64,000 nucleotides of DNA from Octopus vulgaris (GCA_951406725.2 OX597819.1:112282001-112346000); one strand, 5' to 3'; positions 11,498 to 25,646 are shown, counted from the stretch's first letter. A program made the numbers and translations. The notes: generated by a model not told the origin, from the letters alone.

Positions 11498-13726
11498 ACC
11501 TTAAAATCCTTAAAAATGTTTCAGCCCGAAGGCTGCAGCCATACCTTTTAGTCAAGCAAATTGACTCCAGGACTTATTCTCTGTAAGCCTAGTACTTATT
11601 TTATCAGCCTCTTTTGTCGAACTGCTAAGTTACAGGGACTTAAACACACCAGCATCAGTTGTAAAGTGATGTTGGGGGGGGGGGATAAACACAGGTACAC
11701 ACACACACACACATGCATGTATATCTCAATGTGCCATGACATCTTTGTAATGAGGAATGGTACTGGAGCCACCAATACTGAAGTACCATTTTACTAGTAA
11801 CCTGTCCTCTATATATCTGACTATAATCCTTTCTAGTACTACCAGTTGTCCTTTTCCTTCTGTCCTTCCTGCTCACCCCTCACTCTTTAATTCTTTCTCA
11901 ATATGATACACATCAACACACCTATTTCTCATTTCACTGCTGAGATCTAATATCAAGACATGTCCAGTTATCATTACACTACAAAAGATCCGATTCATTC
12001 ACCCACTTAATGCACACATTGTAATTTTTTTTAATTTAAACTCCCCTGTCTGCCTTAACTATAATTAGTAAAAAAATTGCTTTTTCTCTTTTTCATTTTT
12101 TGATTTATTTCACAACCTTCAGATCACATTGCAACTAATTGTTGTTTCATTGGTTGGCAGATATCAGCACTGATCAGAAAATAGTTTGTTTGCTGAAACA
12201 ATAAACAAAGCCACTAGCTTGTTTAGGCTCAAAGATCCATGTACTTCCAGCTGATAAAACATAAGTCAAAACACCAGCATCCCAGATTCCTTTGCATCAA
12301 TGAACCAAGCACATTATGAACACATTGTCATTGTAAAAGGGGAGAAGTCATTCTCCTGTGACATATACAACAGCAACAAGCATGTTAGTGTTTGAATCTG
12401 CCAGAACATTTAAAGAATAGACATGCAAATCATCATTTAATTTATTAAAATTTCTAAAATTTCTATAGTACACCATCTACTTTACTAACAATTGCTTACC
12501 TGAGCAACTGTAATGTAATCAATAATACAATTGTCTGGCTAAGCAATAAATGGATGGTTTAAGTGCCGACAGCCGGTCAGTCAGTCTGTCTCCATTTGGT
12601 ATTTATAACATCTTATAAAACTGCTTCATTTCCAATTATCAGATTTGCAATTTCTAGTCAATTTTACAATACGTTATGACGCAACACTGGGAATCATGAA
12701 CTCTTTCTTCATAAGTTTTAAAATAAAATATTTAAACCCACCACCAATACCATTACAACAGCTTCTACCATCACTTACATCACCCTCGCCACCACTACCA
12801 ACATCCCACCATCACTACTGCCAAATAACCAACGGCTTAGTGCTTGTACCCAAGAGGTAGGCTGAACTGAGACGAAGTAGGTCAAAAATGTTTTGCTCAA
12901 GTTCGCAACGAAAGGTTAATGGTAAATTTGAACACAAGATTTGTGAGTTGTTAAGTCCCAACTCTTTATACCCGCTAAACAGATGGTGTAAATTGCAGTT
13001 AATCCATAATAGATTTAGCATGTTAATGACGTCACCTGCTTTGGGGTGGGGGTACAGGATCACTGCATTGTTTCTCTTATACACTAATTGCAGGGATCTA
13101 GTCAGATTAACTTCTTTAGTGCAAATAATCCTTTTTTTACTATTTCTATATATTTGTTTTTTTATTCATTTATGTTGTTATTTTGTTTGGCTTTGTTAAA
13201 ATTATTTCTATAATTGAGGGCACTTGATCTTACTAGTTTGAGTAATCCTGGATCTGTAGGGTTCCTTGATCAGCCCCAAGGTGGCTGTCTGCTCATTGAA
13301 ACATTATCTTTCATATATTTTATATATTTTTGTATGCCATGCCTATTTCGTTTTTTTATTTTTTCATAACCAATTTTGCATAGAACCCCACTAACTTTAT
13401 ACATTGAATTTATATTTCCTTCACAATCGAGTCACAGGACATAAAAGTTGTTGTTGTGATTATTATTATTATTGTTGTTGTTGTTGTTCAAATTTTATTA
13501 CACTTTTGCATTTCCAGATCCCACCAATGTCAAGTTCTGCCTTTCATCTGGAATTGATGATATGATCTAACCAAATTTCTTAAAAACTCCGAATTTTTGC
13601 CTAAATCAGAAACCAACATTATTTTTTTCTACGGCTAGATGTTTCTATTAAAACCTTGTTTTACGAAGTTATCCTTATTTTAAAATTTTTACTGGATTTT
13701 TCAAATTGTAAAGGTTATCTATGGAC

Positions 13727-13727
<1 letters not shown>

Positions 13728-13798
<71 letters not shown>
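13728..13798. repeat. (TG)n microsatellite
   Basis: About 35 uninterrupted TG units. Confidence 0.95.
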
Positions 13799-13799
<1 letters not shown>

Positions 13800-13824
13800 A
13801 TGTGTGTCATCACCATTATATATA

Positions 13825-15095
13825 CAGGGTGCGGTGAATAAACTGTCATCTAAATTACTCAAAAATAAAAATCGCACTAGCATCTCATTTTAACAGATAT
13901 ATTTCCCAAAATTACATGGAAATATCTTGAAATATTAAAGGGTAAGTTTATTCAAGAGAATTGCCATTGGCTTCAACCATGGTCTCCATGCAACTTTTCT
14001 GCATGGTCTCCTTGTTTAAGTTGATGAATGCTGTCATAATACTTGCCTTCAGTTCATCTTTGGTGTTACAAGTTTTGTTGATCGCTCACTCAAATGCACC
14101 CCACACATAATAATCAAGGGGGGGTTGCAGTCTGGGGAGTTAGGTGGCCAGATGTTAGGGGTGATGTAGTCACAGAAATTGTCTGACAGCTATGACTGGG
14201 TCCCCCTGCTTGTGTGGCAAGGTGCAGAGTGCTGTTGCCAGACATAGGGTCTTTCAGCAGCCACCCACTTGACCCAGGGCAGCACTACCTCCTCCAGGCA
14301 CTTGATGTAGGCATCTGTGTTGAGTGTGAGGCTGTGTGGGAAGATGAATGGAGGCATAATGTCACCATCACTAATGATCACTCTAAACACCATAATTTTG
14401 ACTGGATGTTTGATTTTTATCACTCTCAGTACATGTTTTAGGGAGACAGCAAGCTAATGTTTGTTCTATGTGTTCACCATCTGACCCTGAGAGAAAATTT
14501 TTCTCGTCTGAAAAGAACCAAACCATGTTCGTTTGGAGGATATGCTTGAGTTTGTTCAAAAGCTTCATAGCACAGTCTTTCCACTTGTCCTTGATGGTTT
14601 AGGATAAAAATTAGCCCTTTCTCATCTTGTATGAGGAATACTGGATGTCATCAAGCACTACCTGCCTGATAAGGAACTCAGACATTCTCATGTCCCTCGC
14701 AATGGATCTGATTGACTTGGAGGGATTTTTGTCAATCATGGCCTGGATCTCACCAACAAATTCAAGAGTTCTTTTTTCATCAGAATGAGTTTTCCAAGCT
14801 GCCATACCTTTTTAATCACCATTAGACTCATCCAACTCTTTCCAAATCTTCTGCATTGTCCTCAGATTGACATCCAAACACTCTGAAATGTTTGTATTGG
14901 GGCTTCTGGCACAAATGCCAAGCAGTAGAGCATTTCATTTCCAAATTTCTGGCGCAGTAAATTGTTTTATGGTGCTGTTTTTCTCAGAGAGAATGTCCAG
15001 CAGCCCTTACTACTGTGTAGTCAACGAAATCAAAACTAATGTGCATGTACAAAATTAAAAATATAAAATGGTGACAATTTATCCATCGCACCATG
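13825..15095 (-). mobile_element. Full-length dead Tc1/mariner element, DD37D (maT) family
   Basis: TIRs cagggtgcggtgaataaactgtca and (reverse complement of the right end) catggtgcgatggataaattgtca match at 20/24, with TA on the left; length 1271 bp. Broken transposase: NPSKSIRSIARDM (HTH), WFFSDEKNF, WQQHSAPCH...WPPNSPDCNP[fs]LDY, with 37 residues between the 2nd and 3rd catalytic positions. Contains stops and frameshifts. Confidence 0.92.
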
Positions 15096-15903
15096 TGTGT
15101 ATGTATATATATGCATACACACATGTGCTATATACAAAACTGTCTGTTCACAATAGATACATGCGTTTTTGGGAAAATTGAAGTCAAGTCAAGTACAAGA
15201 TAGAAATTTTGAATAACTGATAGCATGGGTTGCCTTCCAAGCAGCCAATGCATTTGTTATAACAGTGGTGCCCAAACATGGCCACACCTCTTGAGCTGAA
15301 ACTAGTAAAGATAACACTGATCTATCTCACTAAAGTAAAAAGAATCTAGCATCAAATGAATGAATGCTGAGAGACAACAAGGGAGTCACAAGCCAAAGAA
15401 GAAGCCTCTACATGGCAGTTTGACCTGCTAGGAATGTCAGCAAATGTTTGTTTCAAATCACATGTGATTTTTTAAAAAAGAAACAAAGGACATGGTGGAT
15501 AATTCAACCCAGGAAATACCATACCTGAATAACATAGTGAATGGTCATAGGCTTTTTTACTTAATCAGAACAGATCTGGTCTGGGGGTTGATCAATAACA
15601 CAGATCTCCACAAGACAAAAAACACCATCATCAACAACTCCAATACAAACACTAAACAACATCAGAACCACTGTCAATATCAACATTAGCAGCAATACCA
15701 CTACCACCCTGCTGCCAGCCACTAACACCATTACTGCCACCATATTTACTATTTTATCAGAATGGATGAGAATTAAGCATTTCACTTCAGTGATGACGAA
15801 ATGTGAAAACTACTGATACTAATAAGATCAACTACTACCTGACAGGTACTTATTTCATCAACCTACTTTGTCAGACACTATATTGATTCTGACATTCACA
15901 ATC

Positions 15904-15940
<37 letters not shown>

Positions 15941-16026
15941 TATATATGTGTGTGTGTGTGTGTGTGTACAAACATACATTACATGTACGCATAGCCTACT
16001 CACACATGAGCACGTGTGTGTGTGTG

Positions 16027-16059
<33 letters not shown>

Positions 16060-17584
16060 TAGTAGAGCTGTGATTGCTCTGTTACTACTCAGAGTTATAC
16101 ATATAATTCAGCAAAGATCAGTAAACAGAGACTAATCTCAGCATTATGACAAATAGTTTTTCTATTGAGTAGTTTTTGTTTTTCCTTTCGTATGCAGACT
16201 TAACCATATACAAAACACACACACGGTCAAACAGATACTTTATTTAAACCAGTCCAGTCGTTTATTACTCTGAACTGGTCTAAATAAACTATTGCACTGT
16301 GTGTTTACATTGAACACTTCTTCTCCAGAGACCAACAATGGTTGAAGAAATTAGTTGGACAGGGTAGTTTTCGTATGTTCAAATTGTTATGCATATAAAA
16401 TACTTTTATTCATTGGAAGAACTCATTCTCATTGAGTACTTTCATCTATTTGGTCTGAAAAATTGTTTAAAATATCTAAGAGCTCTGAATTGTTTATGGA
16501 CACATGAAGACATAGAGTCTGAATGTTGGTTAAGAAGAGAAAGACTTGGAAGCAACATTGCAAGTTGTCAGAAATTAAAAGCTTACACAGTCCAATGGAA
16601 TACTTATAAGGCTTAGCAAAACAGAAATCTCTATTTGATATTATAGTTTGACTAATTAGATTTAAGATTCCAGATAAATGGGGACAAACTTTTGTCTGCG
16701 ATTCATGTTTGATGATGTAAAGTGTAAAGATGTTGACTTGAATAATATCATTTGAATAAATTTGAAATCAAACCGATGTATTGGTTAGCAACTGTGACAA
16801 TCTTTATGGTAATCCCTTCAGAAGTAAATTTATGGTCCACTAGGCATTCAATCGGGTAGCTGCACTTGTGAGTTTGTGTGTGAAGAAGGGGTGTTAAGTT
16901 TGATGCCATTCAAGTTAGATGACAAAGAGTGGGCAGAATTAGCTGAAGCAGAAAAAAGACAGCTATGGAATTTCTGTTAGGCATTTTGTAGAACTTATGG
17001 TGAAGAGGGAAATACTTTGTAAAAGGCTTAACCTACACACATACACACATATATATTATCATCATCATTTAATGTCCACTTTCTAATGCTAACATGAGTT
17101 TGATATTTCTGCAGAATCCAACACATCTGGGAACCATATCATGATCACATATTATTTTGGTATGGTTTCAATGGCTGGAAGCCCTTCTTAATGCCAGTCA
17201 GCTATTAGACTGTATTGGGTACTTTTTCCATGGCACCAGCACTAGTGAGTTCACCTTGCAATGTCCAAGACTAAAGTGGTAAGGGTAACAAGGTTAGTTG
17301 TGTACAGGGGTTCCAGAATTAACTCCTATTATAAAAGTAAATATAGGTAAAACATGTGGAGGAAGGGTGAATAGAAAACAGATGAGTGTGGGTCCAGAGA
17401 GAATCATTGAATGAAAGATGTGGGGGATCATAGAGGTAGGCCAAAGACAGAATAAGATGTTGAGTGGACAGAGAACCTGTGCATAATTGCACACACATTT
17501 ATGTATACATACATATGCATAATGAGATCGCTACCATGATTTCAAAACATATTTCAACACCAATGGCCAGGTCTTCATATTGTA

Positions 17585-18165
17585 TTGCATATGATCATAT
17601 CATTATAGCTCTTTGTCCTCTCCTGCATCAGAATCTGCATCAAGTCAACCTTTTTCACTTTGTTCCATGTCTTCTTCAGTTTCTGTCTTCCAAGGGCTTC
17701 ACTATATTGGGACACAAAGCGCTCATCCTCCATACGCACCTCAAGTCCAAACCAATGCAACCTTCTCTCTTGCACCCTACATTTCATTCTCCTTCTACCC
17801 AGTTTTTCTCTCAGTTCATCTGTACTCTGGTGTGTACTTTACACACCCATCAGAGCGTGCTTAACCCTTTAGCATTCAAACCGGCCACATCCAGCCCAAA
17901 TGTTTTATCTCTTTTATGTTCAAGCCAGCCAGAGCTGATCTTTCCCACCTACCTGACAATGTCATTTTAAAAACGCAATAATCACATTACTGAACTCTGA
18001 AAGCTACAAAATAATGCCTAATTAATTCAAAATGATGTGAATAAATAAGCTTTACATTTGACAGAAAAATCTGAATAGTAAAGGGTTAATTAATTTCTTT
18101 CAACCTTCTGTAGTTCTTCTGCATTCAAAGCCCACATCTCATAACCATCCAGCAAGGGTTGTACA
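17585..18165 (-). mobile_element. RTE-clade LINE ORF2 C-terminal fragment, split by a MITE
   Basis: Reads LLDGYEMWALNAEELQKVERN [insertion 17865-18085] ..DELREKLG..CRVQERRLHWFG..KKTW, matching the RTE pattern HGSETW..RRLRWFGHV..GRP.KTW. Confidence 0.8.
17865..18085. mobile_element. piggyBac-type MITE (221 bp)
   Basis: TTAA|CCCTTTAGCATTCA ... TGAATAGTAAAGGG|TTAA: a TTAA target duplication on both sides, CCC/GGG termini and ~14-bp imperfect TIRs. Confidence 0.85.
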
Positions 18166-18207
18166 GTATATTAAAATATATATATTTTAATGTATTTTAA
18201 ATATATA

Positions 18208-18400
18208 GGAACAGGCATGGCTATGTAGTTCGGAAGATTACTTTGCAACCATATGGTTTTTAGGTTCGGTCCCACTACACAGTACCTTGGGCAAGTGTCT
18301 TCTACTACAGCTCTGGGCCACCCAATACCTTGTGAGTGAATTTAGTAAGTGCAAACTATGTGGAAGTCCATTGTGTGTGTGTTTCTCTGTGTGTGTGTGT

Positions 18401-18453
<53 letters not shown>

Positions 18454-18456
18454 TGA

Positions 18457-18499
<43 letters not shown>

Positions 18500-18680
18500 T
18501 GCGTGTGAGCGCAGGTGCTTTTGTGCTTGTTTATGTTACTGTAACTTAGCAGTTTGGCAAAACAGACCAATAGAAAATGTACCAGACTTCAAGAAACAAA
18601 AAGTACAGGGGTCAATTTGCTCAGCTAAACACTTCCAGTATGGCTGCAGTCCAATGACTGGAACAAGTAAAGAATAAAAG
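18208..18680 (+). mobile_element. SINE family B, older copy with expanded (TG)n
   Basis: Head ..ggttcggtcccac..ccttgggcaagtgtcttctac, about 130 bp of TG-rich spacer, tail ..aatgactggaacaagtaaagaataaaag. Confidence 0.8.
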
Positions 18681-18861
18681 ATAGTGCAGACGTTATCTGA
18701 TATAGAACTCAATATGTTATATAGAATGGATAGATACATTTATTCTATCAAAAGTTTACTGAGTTTTATGATACTTGCTTAGCCATCTCTATCAATCCAC
18801 CTACCAACCTGTCTGTCTTTCTATCTATCTATATCCATCCACCCATTCATACACACACATA

Positions 18862-19076
18862 TTCTTTTCTACTCCAGACACAAGGTCTGAAATTTTGGGG
18901 GAGGGGACCAGTTGATTAGATTGATCCCAGTATGCAACTGGTACTTAATTTATCAACCCTGAAAGGATGAAAGGCAAAGTCGACCTCGGCGGAATTTGAA
19001 CTCAGAACATAAAGACAGACAAAATACTGCTAAGCATTATGCCTGGCATGCTAACATTTCTGCCAGCTTGCCACCT
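18862..19076 (-). mobile_element. SINE family A copy
   Basis: Well-preserved gaaaggatgaaaggcaaagtcgacctcggcggaatttgaactcagaac block. Confidence 0.88.
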
Positions 19077-19290
19077 CATACACACATATTTTGTATATAT
19101 TGTTAGGTCATGTGTGACTCTTAATAGTAACATGTAACCAGTACAACCTGATGCCTGATCATGTCGAGACATTCTGAACGATGAAAAGCAAGACCAGTAA
19201 ATCAGTCAAAACTTGGAAGAACCCAAAAGAATCAAAGGCCATTCAGTAGTATGTACATACGAACATGCATATGTATGTATGTATATATAA

Positions 19291-19618
19291 GGTAAATGGC
19301 ACTTTGGTGTAAAACACAGTCTAAACCACTGTAGTCTAAGACACTTTCATCTAAGTATTTTTGTCTAAAGACAAAAAGGATTATCAAAGAATAGTTATTT
19401 AGATCCTTTAAATTTTTTTTTCAGATTCTATGGACAAAATAGTTATTAGACCAAAGTGAGTTTAGACAAAAATATCTTTATACTAAAGGGCATTTAGACA
19501 AAAATCTCTTTAGACTATAGTGTATTTATACAAAAGTCACTTTAGATCAAAGTTCTTTAGACTATAGTGCATTAGACCAAAGTGTTTTAGATGAAAAGTC
19601 CTAGATCTGTATTTAACC
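19291..19618. repeat. Element with inverted arrays of a 15-16 bp unit (foldback/MITE-like)
   Basis: Right arm has about 11 units of TTAGAC(C/A/T)AAAGTG.. Left arm has about 5 reverse-complement units (cactttggtgtaa, cactgtagtctaa, cactttcatctaa). Termini are ggtaaat / atttaacc. Confidence 0.7.
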
Positions 19619-21214
19619 ATACCTGTTTGCATTTCATTTAAAAGACACATAGAAAAACAAAGTAACTTTCATCTTTGTAACTTTGAAGTTTGCAGCAGCA
19701 GCAGCAGGCCAACAGGGGAAAAACAAGCACAGGTGGCAACAAACCATCATGCTGGGTTAGATGCTATTATGCAGAGCAAACATTTGATATAATGTTTTAT
19801 GGCCTTGGGCCACACAGCAAGTTAGCGAGATACTGCAAGATCTGGAGATTTGGTTAACCATGTTAGCAATCTCTCCCATTCACATACAAGCATAGCTGTC
19901 TTGATTTTATCTTTCCACTGAATGTGTTGCGTAAAACCGAGAGAGTAGGTCTGATGTATGTGCAGCTCTTATTCACTGTGAAAAAGGAACCTTGTGCTTG
20001 TCTAATATCAGATTAAGCAACTGCTAAGTCACTGTCAAATATGACAAATGAGAAAGCATATCTTGCATGTACACACACACACACACACACATCAATATGC
20101 TGTTCATACTTAAATACATAAATATGTAGACATGCATACTACAGACACGCAAGCAAGCATACAGAGAGATAAAACAAAAAAAAAATATAAAACAATATTC
20201 ATAAAGCCAATTTAAAATTTACAATTTTCATTCACTCATTATATATAAAAATTTACTATTAATCCTGGTTTGCTACGTTGGTGGTGGTGGTGGTGGTGGT
20301 GGTAGTGATGGGGGGTGGGTGACATAGAAGCAATTCTCTCAGCCACTCTTACCCTCTACTCAGATCAGACCAACCACAATAACTTAGATGTCGTCTTTGA
20401 TTTTAACACAAAAACGACACAATGGCACCTACTTTGTTCCAGACTACTTAATGTTCAAAATATTCAATGAGGATAAATGTATATGAATATACACACATAC
20501 ACATGTTACCATGAACATTCATGTTTGTGTGTGTGTGTGTGTGAGTGTGTGTGTGTGTGTGTATGCATATGTATGTGTGAGTGTGTATGTGTGCGTGTAT
20601 ATATATATATATATATATATATATCATCGAGTATTATCTGGTATTTGATATTTGATTTCGATGTATTTCTCCATTTTCTTATTTTGTATTATGAATTTGT
20701 GGTAAAACATTTTACCTTTGCCCATATAATACAATAAATGAATTAATTGTATCGCAATTCTTAACATTTATGTATTAACTTTGTCGGGTACCTCACTAGC
20801 AGTATATTGGATATATGGTATCCCATGGTGGGTTGCATTTACAACCCCTATCTCAATTTATATATATATGTTTATTCAATGAAGTACTCAATATTTTTGC
20901 ACATTTGCTGTATGTATGTATCTTTTATTTTTTTACCTGTTTTTGTCATTGGATTGTGGCCATACTGAGGCACCGCACTGCTTAGAAGAGTTTTAACCAA
21001 ACATATCAATTCCAGAACTTATTTTTTTAAGTCTGGTACTTATTCAATCATTCAAATTTGCTGAACTGCAAAGTTACACAAGCATAAACAAATCAACACA
21101 GGTTGTCAAGTGGTGAACAATCAATGGTGTTGGATAACATGAAAATTAAAGATGTAGTTGAGAAAAAGTTAGCTGACATGAACGACAAAACCATCTGAAG
21201 TTATCTATATTTCT

Positions 21215-21433
21215 CTTTCTCTTTTACTTGTTTCAGTCATTTTGACTGCGGTTATGCTGGAGCACCGCCTTTTTTAATCAAGCAAATCGACCCCGGGACT
21301 TATTCTTTTGTAAGCTCAGTACTTATTCTATCGGTCTCTTTTGCCGATCCACTTGGTAACGGGGACATAAACACACCAGCATCGGTTGTCAAGCAATGCT
21401 AGGGCGATAAACACAGACACACAAACACACACA

Positions 21434-21499
<66 letters not shown>

Positions 21500-21665
21500 T
21501 ATGACGGGCTTCTTTCAGTTTCCGTCTACCAAATCCACTCACAAGGCTTTGGTCGACCCGAGGCTATAGTAGAAGACACTTGCCCAAGGTGCCACGCAGT
21601 GGGACTGAACCCGGAACCATGTGGTTGGTAAACAAGCTACTTACCACACAGCCACTCCTGCGCCT
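21215..21665 (-). mobile_element. SINE family B, full-length young copy
   Basis: Complete head, CORE-like block, (AT)n and tail, with CpGs retained. Confidence 0.9.
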
Positions 21666-21666
21666 G

Positions 21667-22346
21667 TATCATGATGATTTGCACTGGGTACCAAAATGCA
21701 GACATCACAACTGCTGCTTAATGTTCTGTGAACATGTAAACGTTGCAAGATATGGCATGAACAATTGCGATGGAGACTACAATGCGGTGGCCAATAGGAA
21801 GGATGGTTTTTGGGTGTGCTTCCAATGAGGGTGAAGTGATACCACCCCACATCTTTGAACAGAGCCTCAGACTCAATTCAGACAGTTATGTGAATCTGTT
21901 GGGAACTGTGGTCAATCCCTGACTGGAGACAGTTGCTGCTGGAAGGCCATATGTGAGGCAGAAGGATTCAGCTCCTTGCCATATCTTTGAAAAGAGTCGA
22001 AAGTGGGTTTCAGAGAATGTCTTTGACATCGCCAGCCCCAATTTCTGGCCTCCTAATTTCCCTGATTGTAATCCCATGAATTGAGAAAGATACCAACCAC
22101 TCTGCCTGCAACACCAAGGCCAAGCTGGGGGCCAAGATCATGGAAGTGTTCAAAGATCTTCCCACAGACACTGTGAGGAACACATGTACCAGTTTCTGGA
22201 GCCATTTTGAGGCCATGGTAGAAGCTGAGGGCAGCTACTTTGAATAAACTGTTTTCCCACAGAATAAACTAGTTGATATTATTTTAGGGTATATTGTGTT
22301 TTCTTTTCCTTTTATGCAAATTGTCAAATTTAGCCCAGACACTCTG
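21667..22346 (+). mobile_element. Internally deleted DD37D (maT) Tc1/mariner element
   Basis: Reads PYVRQKDSAPCHIFEKSRKWVSENVFDIASPNFWPPNFPDCNPMN (37-residue spacing; third D changed to N). The right TIR ..ttgtcaaatttagcccagacactctg is followed by TA. Confidence 0.85.
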
Positions 22347-22376
22347 TATATAAAATGTATTTCATGTAAGACTATA

Positions 22377-22594
22377 TCATCATCATCATCGTTTAACGTC
22401 TGCTTCCCATGCTAGCATGGGTTGGACGGTTCGAGTGGGGTCTGGGAAGCCAGAAGGCTGCACCAGGCCCAGTCTTATCTGGCAGTGTTTCTACAGCTGG
22501 ATGCCCTTTGTAATGCCAACCACTCCGTGAGTGTAGTGGGTGCTTTTTACGCGCCACCAGCATGGAGGCCAGTCGGGGCAGCGCTGGCAACGGC

Positions 22595-22596
<2 letters not shown>
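22377..22596 (-). mobile_element. Family C retroelement (RTE-type 3' region with (GAT)n tail)
   Basis: Family series: GGTTGGC(G/A)TTAGGAAGGGCATCCAGCTGTAGAAAC..CCATGCTAGCATGG..GTTAAAC(GAT)n. Other minus copies: ~4733-4873, 17058-17270, 34860-35040, 50534-50790, 57920-58270 and 60520-60790. Confidence 0.85.
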
Positions 22597-22644
<48 letters not shown>

Positions 22645-22649
22645 TATAT

Positions 22650-22800
22650 AAGCCAGAAACCCTTCTTCACTCAGTCTGATGAAGATCAAATCTTCAAAGT
22701 CACTGACACTTTTTTTCTTGTAAAAATGTAATAAATTCATACTCTAAAAAGAAGTATTGAGTAATTCTTTGGCTTAATGTTAAATTATTTTTCATTATAA
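22650..22800 (+). mobile_element. Short element with a decayed hammerhead-like motif followed by AATAAA (putative Penelope-like pLTR remnant)
   Basis: 22671-22706: tcagt CTGATGA agatcaaatcttc aaa GTC actga. AATAAA lies about 25 nt downstream. Confidence 0.45.
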
Positions 22801-25600
22801 TTTGACATAAAAACACAATACACACACACATTCATTTACAAAGAGTCAGTGGTGTGGGGGTAGAAATTGGAGAGGGAATATCTGATTACTATCTTTCTCT
22901 CTGCAAATGAATACATACATATATATATATATATATATACATACATACATACATACACACACTAGGAGAGAGGGAGATCGAAGATGAAGTCATCAATTAA
23001 TAAGCAGACAGCAAATGAAATGGAAACATTTCATCAAAAGAATAGTGTAAATAACAATCATCACCATCACTACTATTATCATCACCAACATTGTCTGCAT
23101 CATCATCATCATCATCATCACCATATCATTACAATCCCATCATCATCACCATCATCACATCAAGATTATTATCAGTTTAGAAGTTCAAGAACAAACACCA
23201 AATAATAATGATAATAATAATTTCATTATTTTCCACCACCACATCAGCAATAACAACAATAACTACAACAACAACAGCAACTAATAAACATAATAATTAT
23301 GAAATACAATTAAATATGTAAGCTGAAACAGCAGATGTTAGGAATATTTAAAATTTCTAAATATAACAAATAAAAAAAATTTTCTTTTTTAAAATTCTAA
23401 TTTGAATTTGTTTAAATTACTCGCTAATTAATTCTGTTGTTGATGTTGTTGTTGTTATATTTACATAGCATCAGATTGCGAATAAGATGAAATTCTAATA
23501 GACTTTGTGTGAGAGTGGTGGTAGTGGTGGTGGAGTAGAGTTAACTTTCATGAGTATACCACACTCAGTTGGGGGAAAAAAATTTAGAAGAGAATAAATA
23601 ATAATAACATATAATAATATTAATTAAAAACATATACAAACATCTAAATACACCACTTGCGTTATATACACAAAAATATATGCTCATACATAAGTGCATT
23701 CATACATACATGCACATTCATACACTCACATATATACATGTATATGTACATTCATACATTCACATATATACATATATATGTACATTCATACACTCACATA
23801 CATACATACATGTTCATTCATACACTAACATACATATATGTACATTCATACACTTACTTACATATTCATTTACACACACACTCACACACTCATTCACATA
23901 TAATTATGTAAGCATACATACATTTATGCACATACATACATACATCTTTCCCATTTCTTCCACTCCTTTCTACCTGTCTGTATTTCAGTAGGAAATGGTT
24001 ACGGTTAGATCTGGAGAGGGATGGATTCTAGCAGACATAAAAGTGCTCAAGACACACCATATGTTTTGATGGCACCATCTAGACATCTAGGTACTGAGGG
24101 CCTATGGCAAGGCAAAACACACACACACACACACCATACAGATATAAATATATAAATATGGAAGTTGATTCAATCGTGAGTATGACAATTGTTTATTAAT
24201 GAGCTTCATAGCAAAGATTAATTTTTAGCCTAATTATTTCCTGCAGCATTTACCACAGCTACCACATAAATGTCTCTTCTCAGTTAAATGCAATGTAGAT
24301 TCCTGTAGTTTGGCATTCTGTATAGACAATATTTTCAACCAACTAGTAGAAAGACAACATTTATTTTTGACTGGTAGAAATATATGTTCTTTTGGATGGC
24401 AAACATTTATTAGCATTCTTTGGGCAAGTGTATGATCAAAGCCCAGTGTATGTACTTGGTGTACAAAAACTCTATCATTATCATTGGTTTATTTTAAACT
24501 TGTCCATGCTTGCATGGGCTGGACAAAGTTTACCAAGGCAGGTTTTCTATAGCTGGATTTTCTTGTCACCAAACCACACATGTTCTCAAGAAAGGTAATA
24601 TAACCAGACATGCTTTTGCAGAGCATTGGAAATGGATAATATCATTTCTATGACAGTGATGCTTGTTTATGTCAAGACAAGGAGATGCAGTTATGTCAAG
24701 ACAAGGAGATGCAAACATCCACGTATTCATATATATAACAGGTTGCTTCTAGTTACTGTCAACAAAATCCATGCAGAAGGCTTGGGGCTATAACAGAAGA
24801 CAGTTGCCCAAAGAACCACACAGTGAGACTAAAGCTAAAATCGTGTAGTTGGGAAGGAAACTTTTAAACATATATACATGTATATGCATGTGTCTGCGTG
24901 TTCGCATACTTCAGTAATCACTTGACTAAAATTTATGGCTGGCAGTGTTGTTATGGTCAGTTCTCTTGTCATCAAATTATTCAGTCACTTCGTGCCTTTG
25001 AACCCATATGGAATAAGAGATACCTTATTTACAAAACAGTTAAGGATTAGCAACAGGAAGGGCATCCAGCTCTAAAACGAAGCTTCAAATACCATATTTG
25101 TCCAACCCATACAATTATAGAGAAAAAAAACAGACCTAAAACAAGCAAACACGTGTATATTCTGTTATTAATGAAGCATGGCCTTAAATTAACATAACTA
25201 TTTTAATATATATCATGTCATATCTCAAGTTATGCAAAAACAGAAAAAAAATAGAGATTACACTCTATATTGAAATAGTTACATTCCTATAAAGTATACA
25301 TCTTAAATAAACAAAATCAGAATATAAAACTATGAATTAGTGTGCATATGTGAAAGTGTGTGTGTGTGTGTGTGTGTGCTCTCACAAAATTATTAACGCA
25401 AACATTTTATAGAATTCGTTAATTTTCTAGAAATCAAAACAAAATATCAACATTCCATTTGATTTAATTTTAAAAAGATGTTTTTTTAATTAAATGGAAA
25501 CCAAACCACACACGTGTACATACATGTACACTCACACTCAAACATATATACTTTATACACACATTCCATTGACATATGCACGCAGAAGCACAGCTTATAA

Positions 25601-25646
<46 letters not shown>

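Noticed and set aside
12300-12395. GEKSFSCDI resembling a C2H2 zinc-finger linker
   Set aside because: No second Cys, no His pair and no repeat units; likely chance.
13027-13034. Perfect CRE site TGACGTCA
   Set aside because: A single 8-mer in 64 kb is compatible with chance, and there is no promoter evidence.
12815-13199. Overlapping 89-aa and 103-aa ORFs in unique sequence
   Set aside because: No recognisable domain or convincing splice-site pair. There is only a faint resemblance to a retroelement end.
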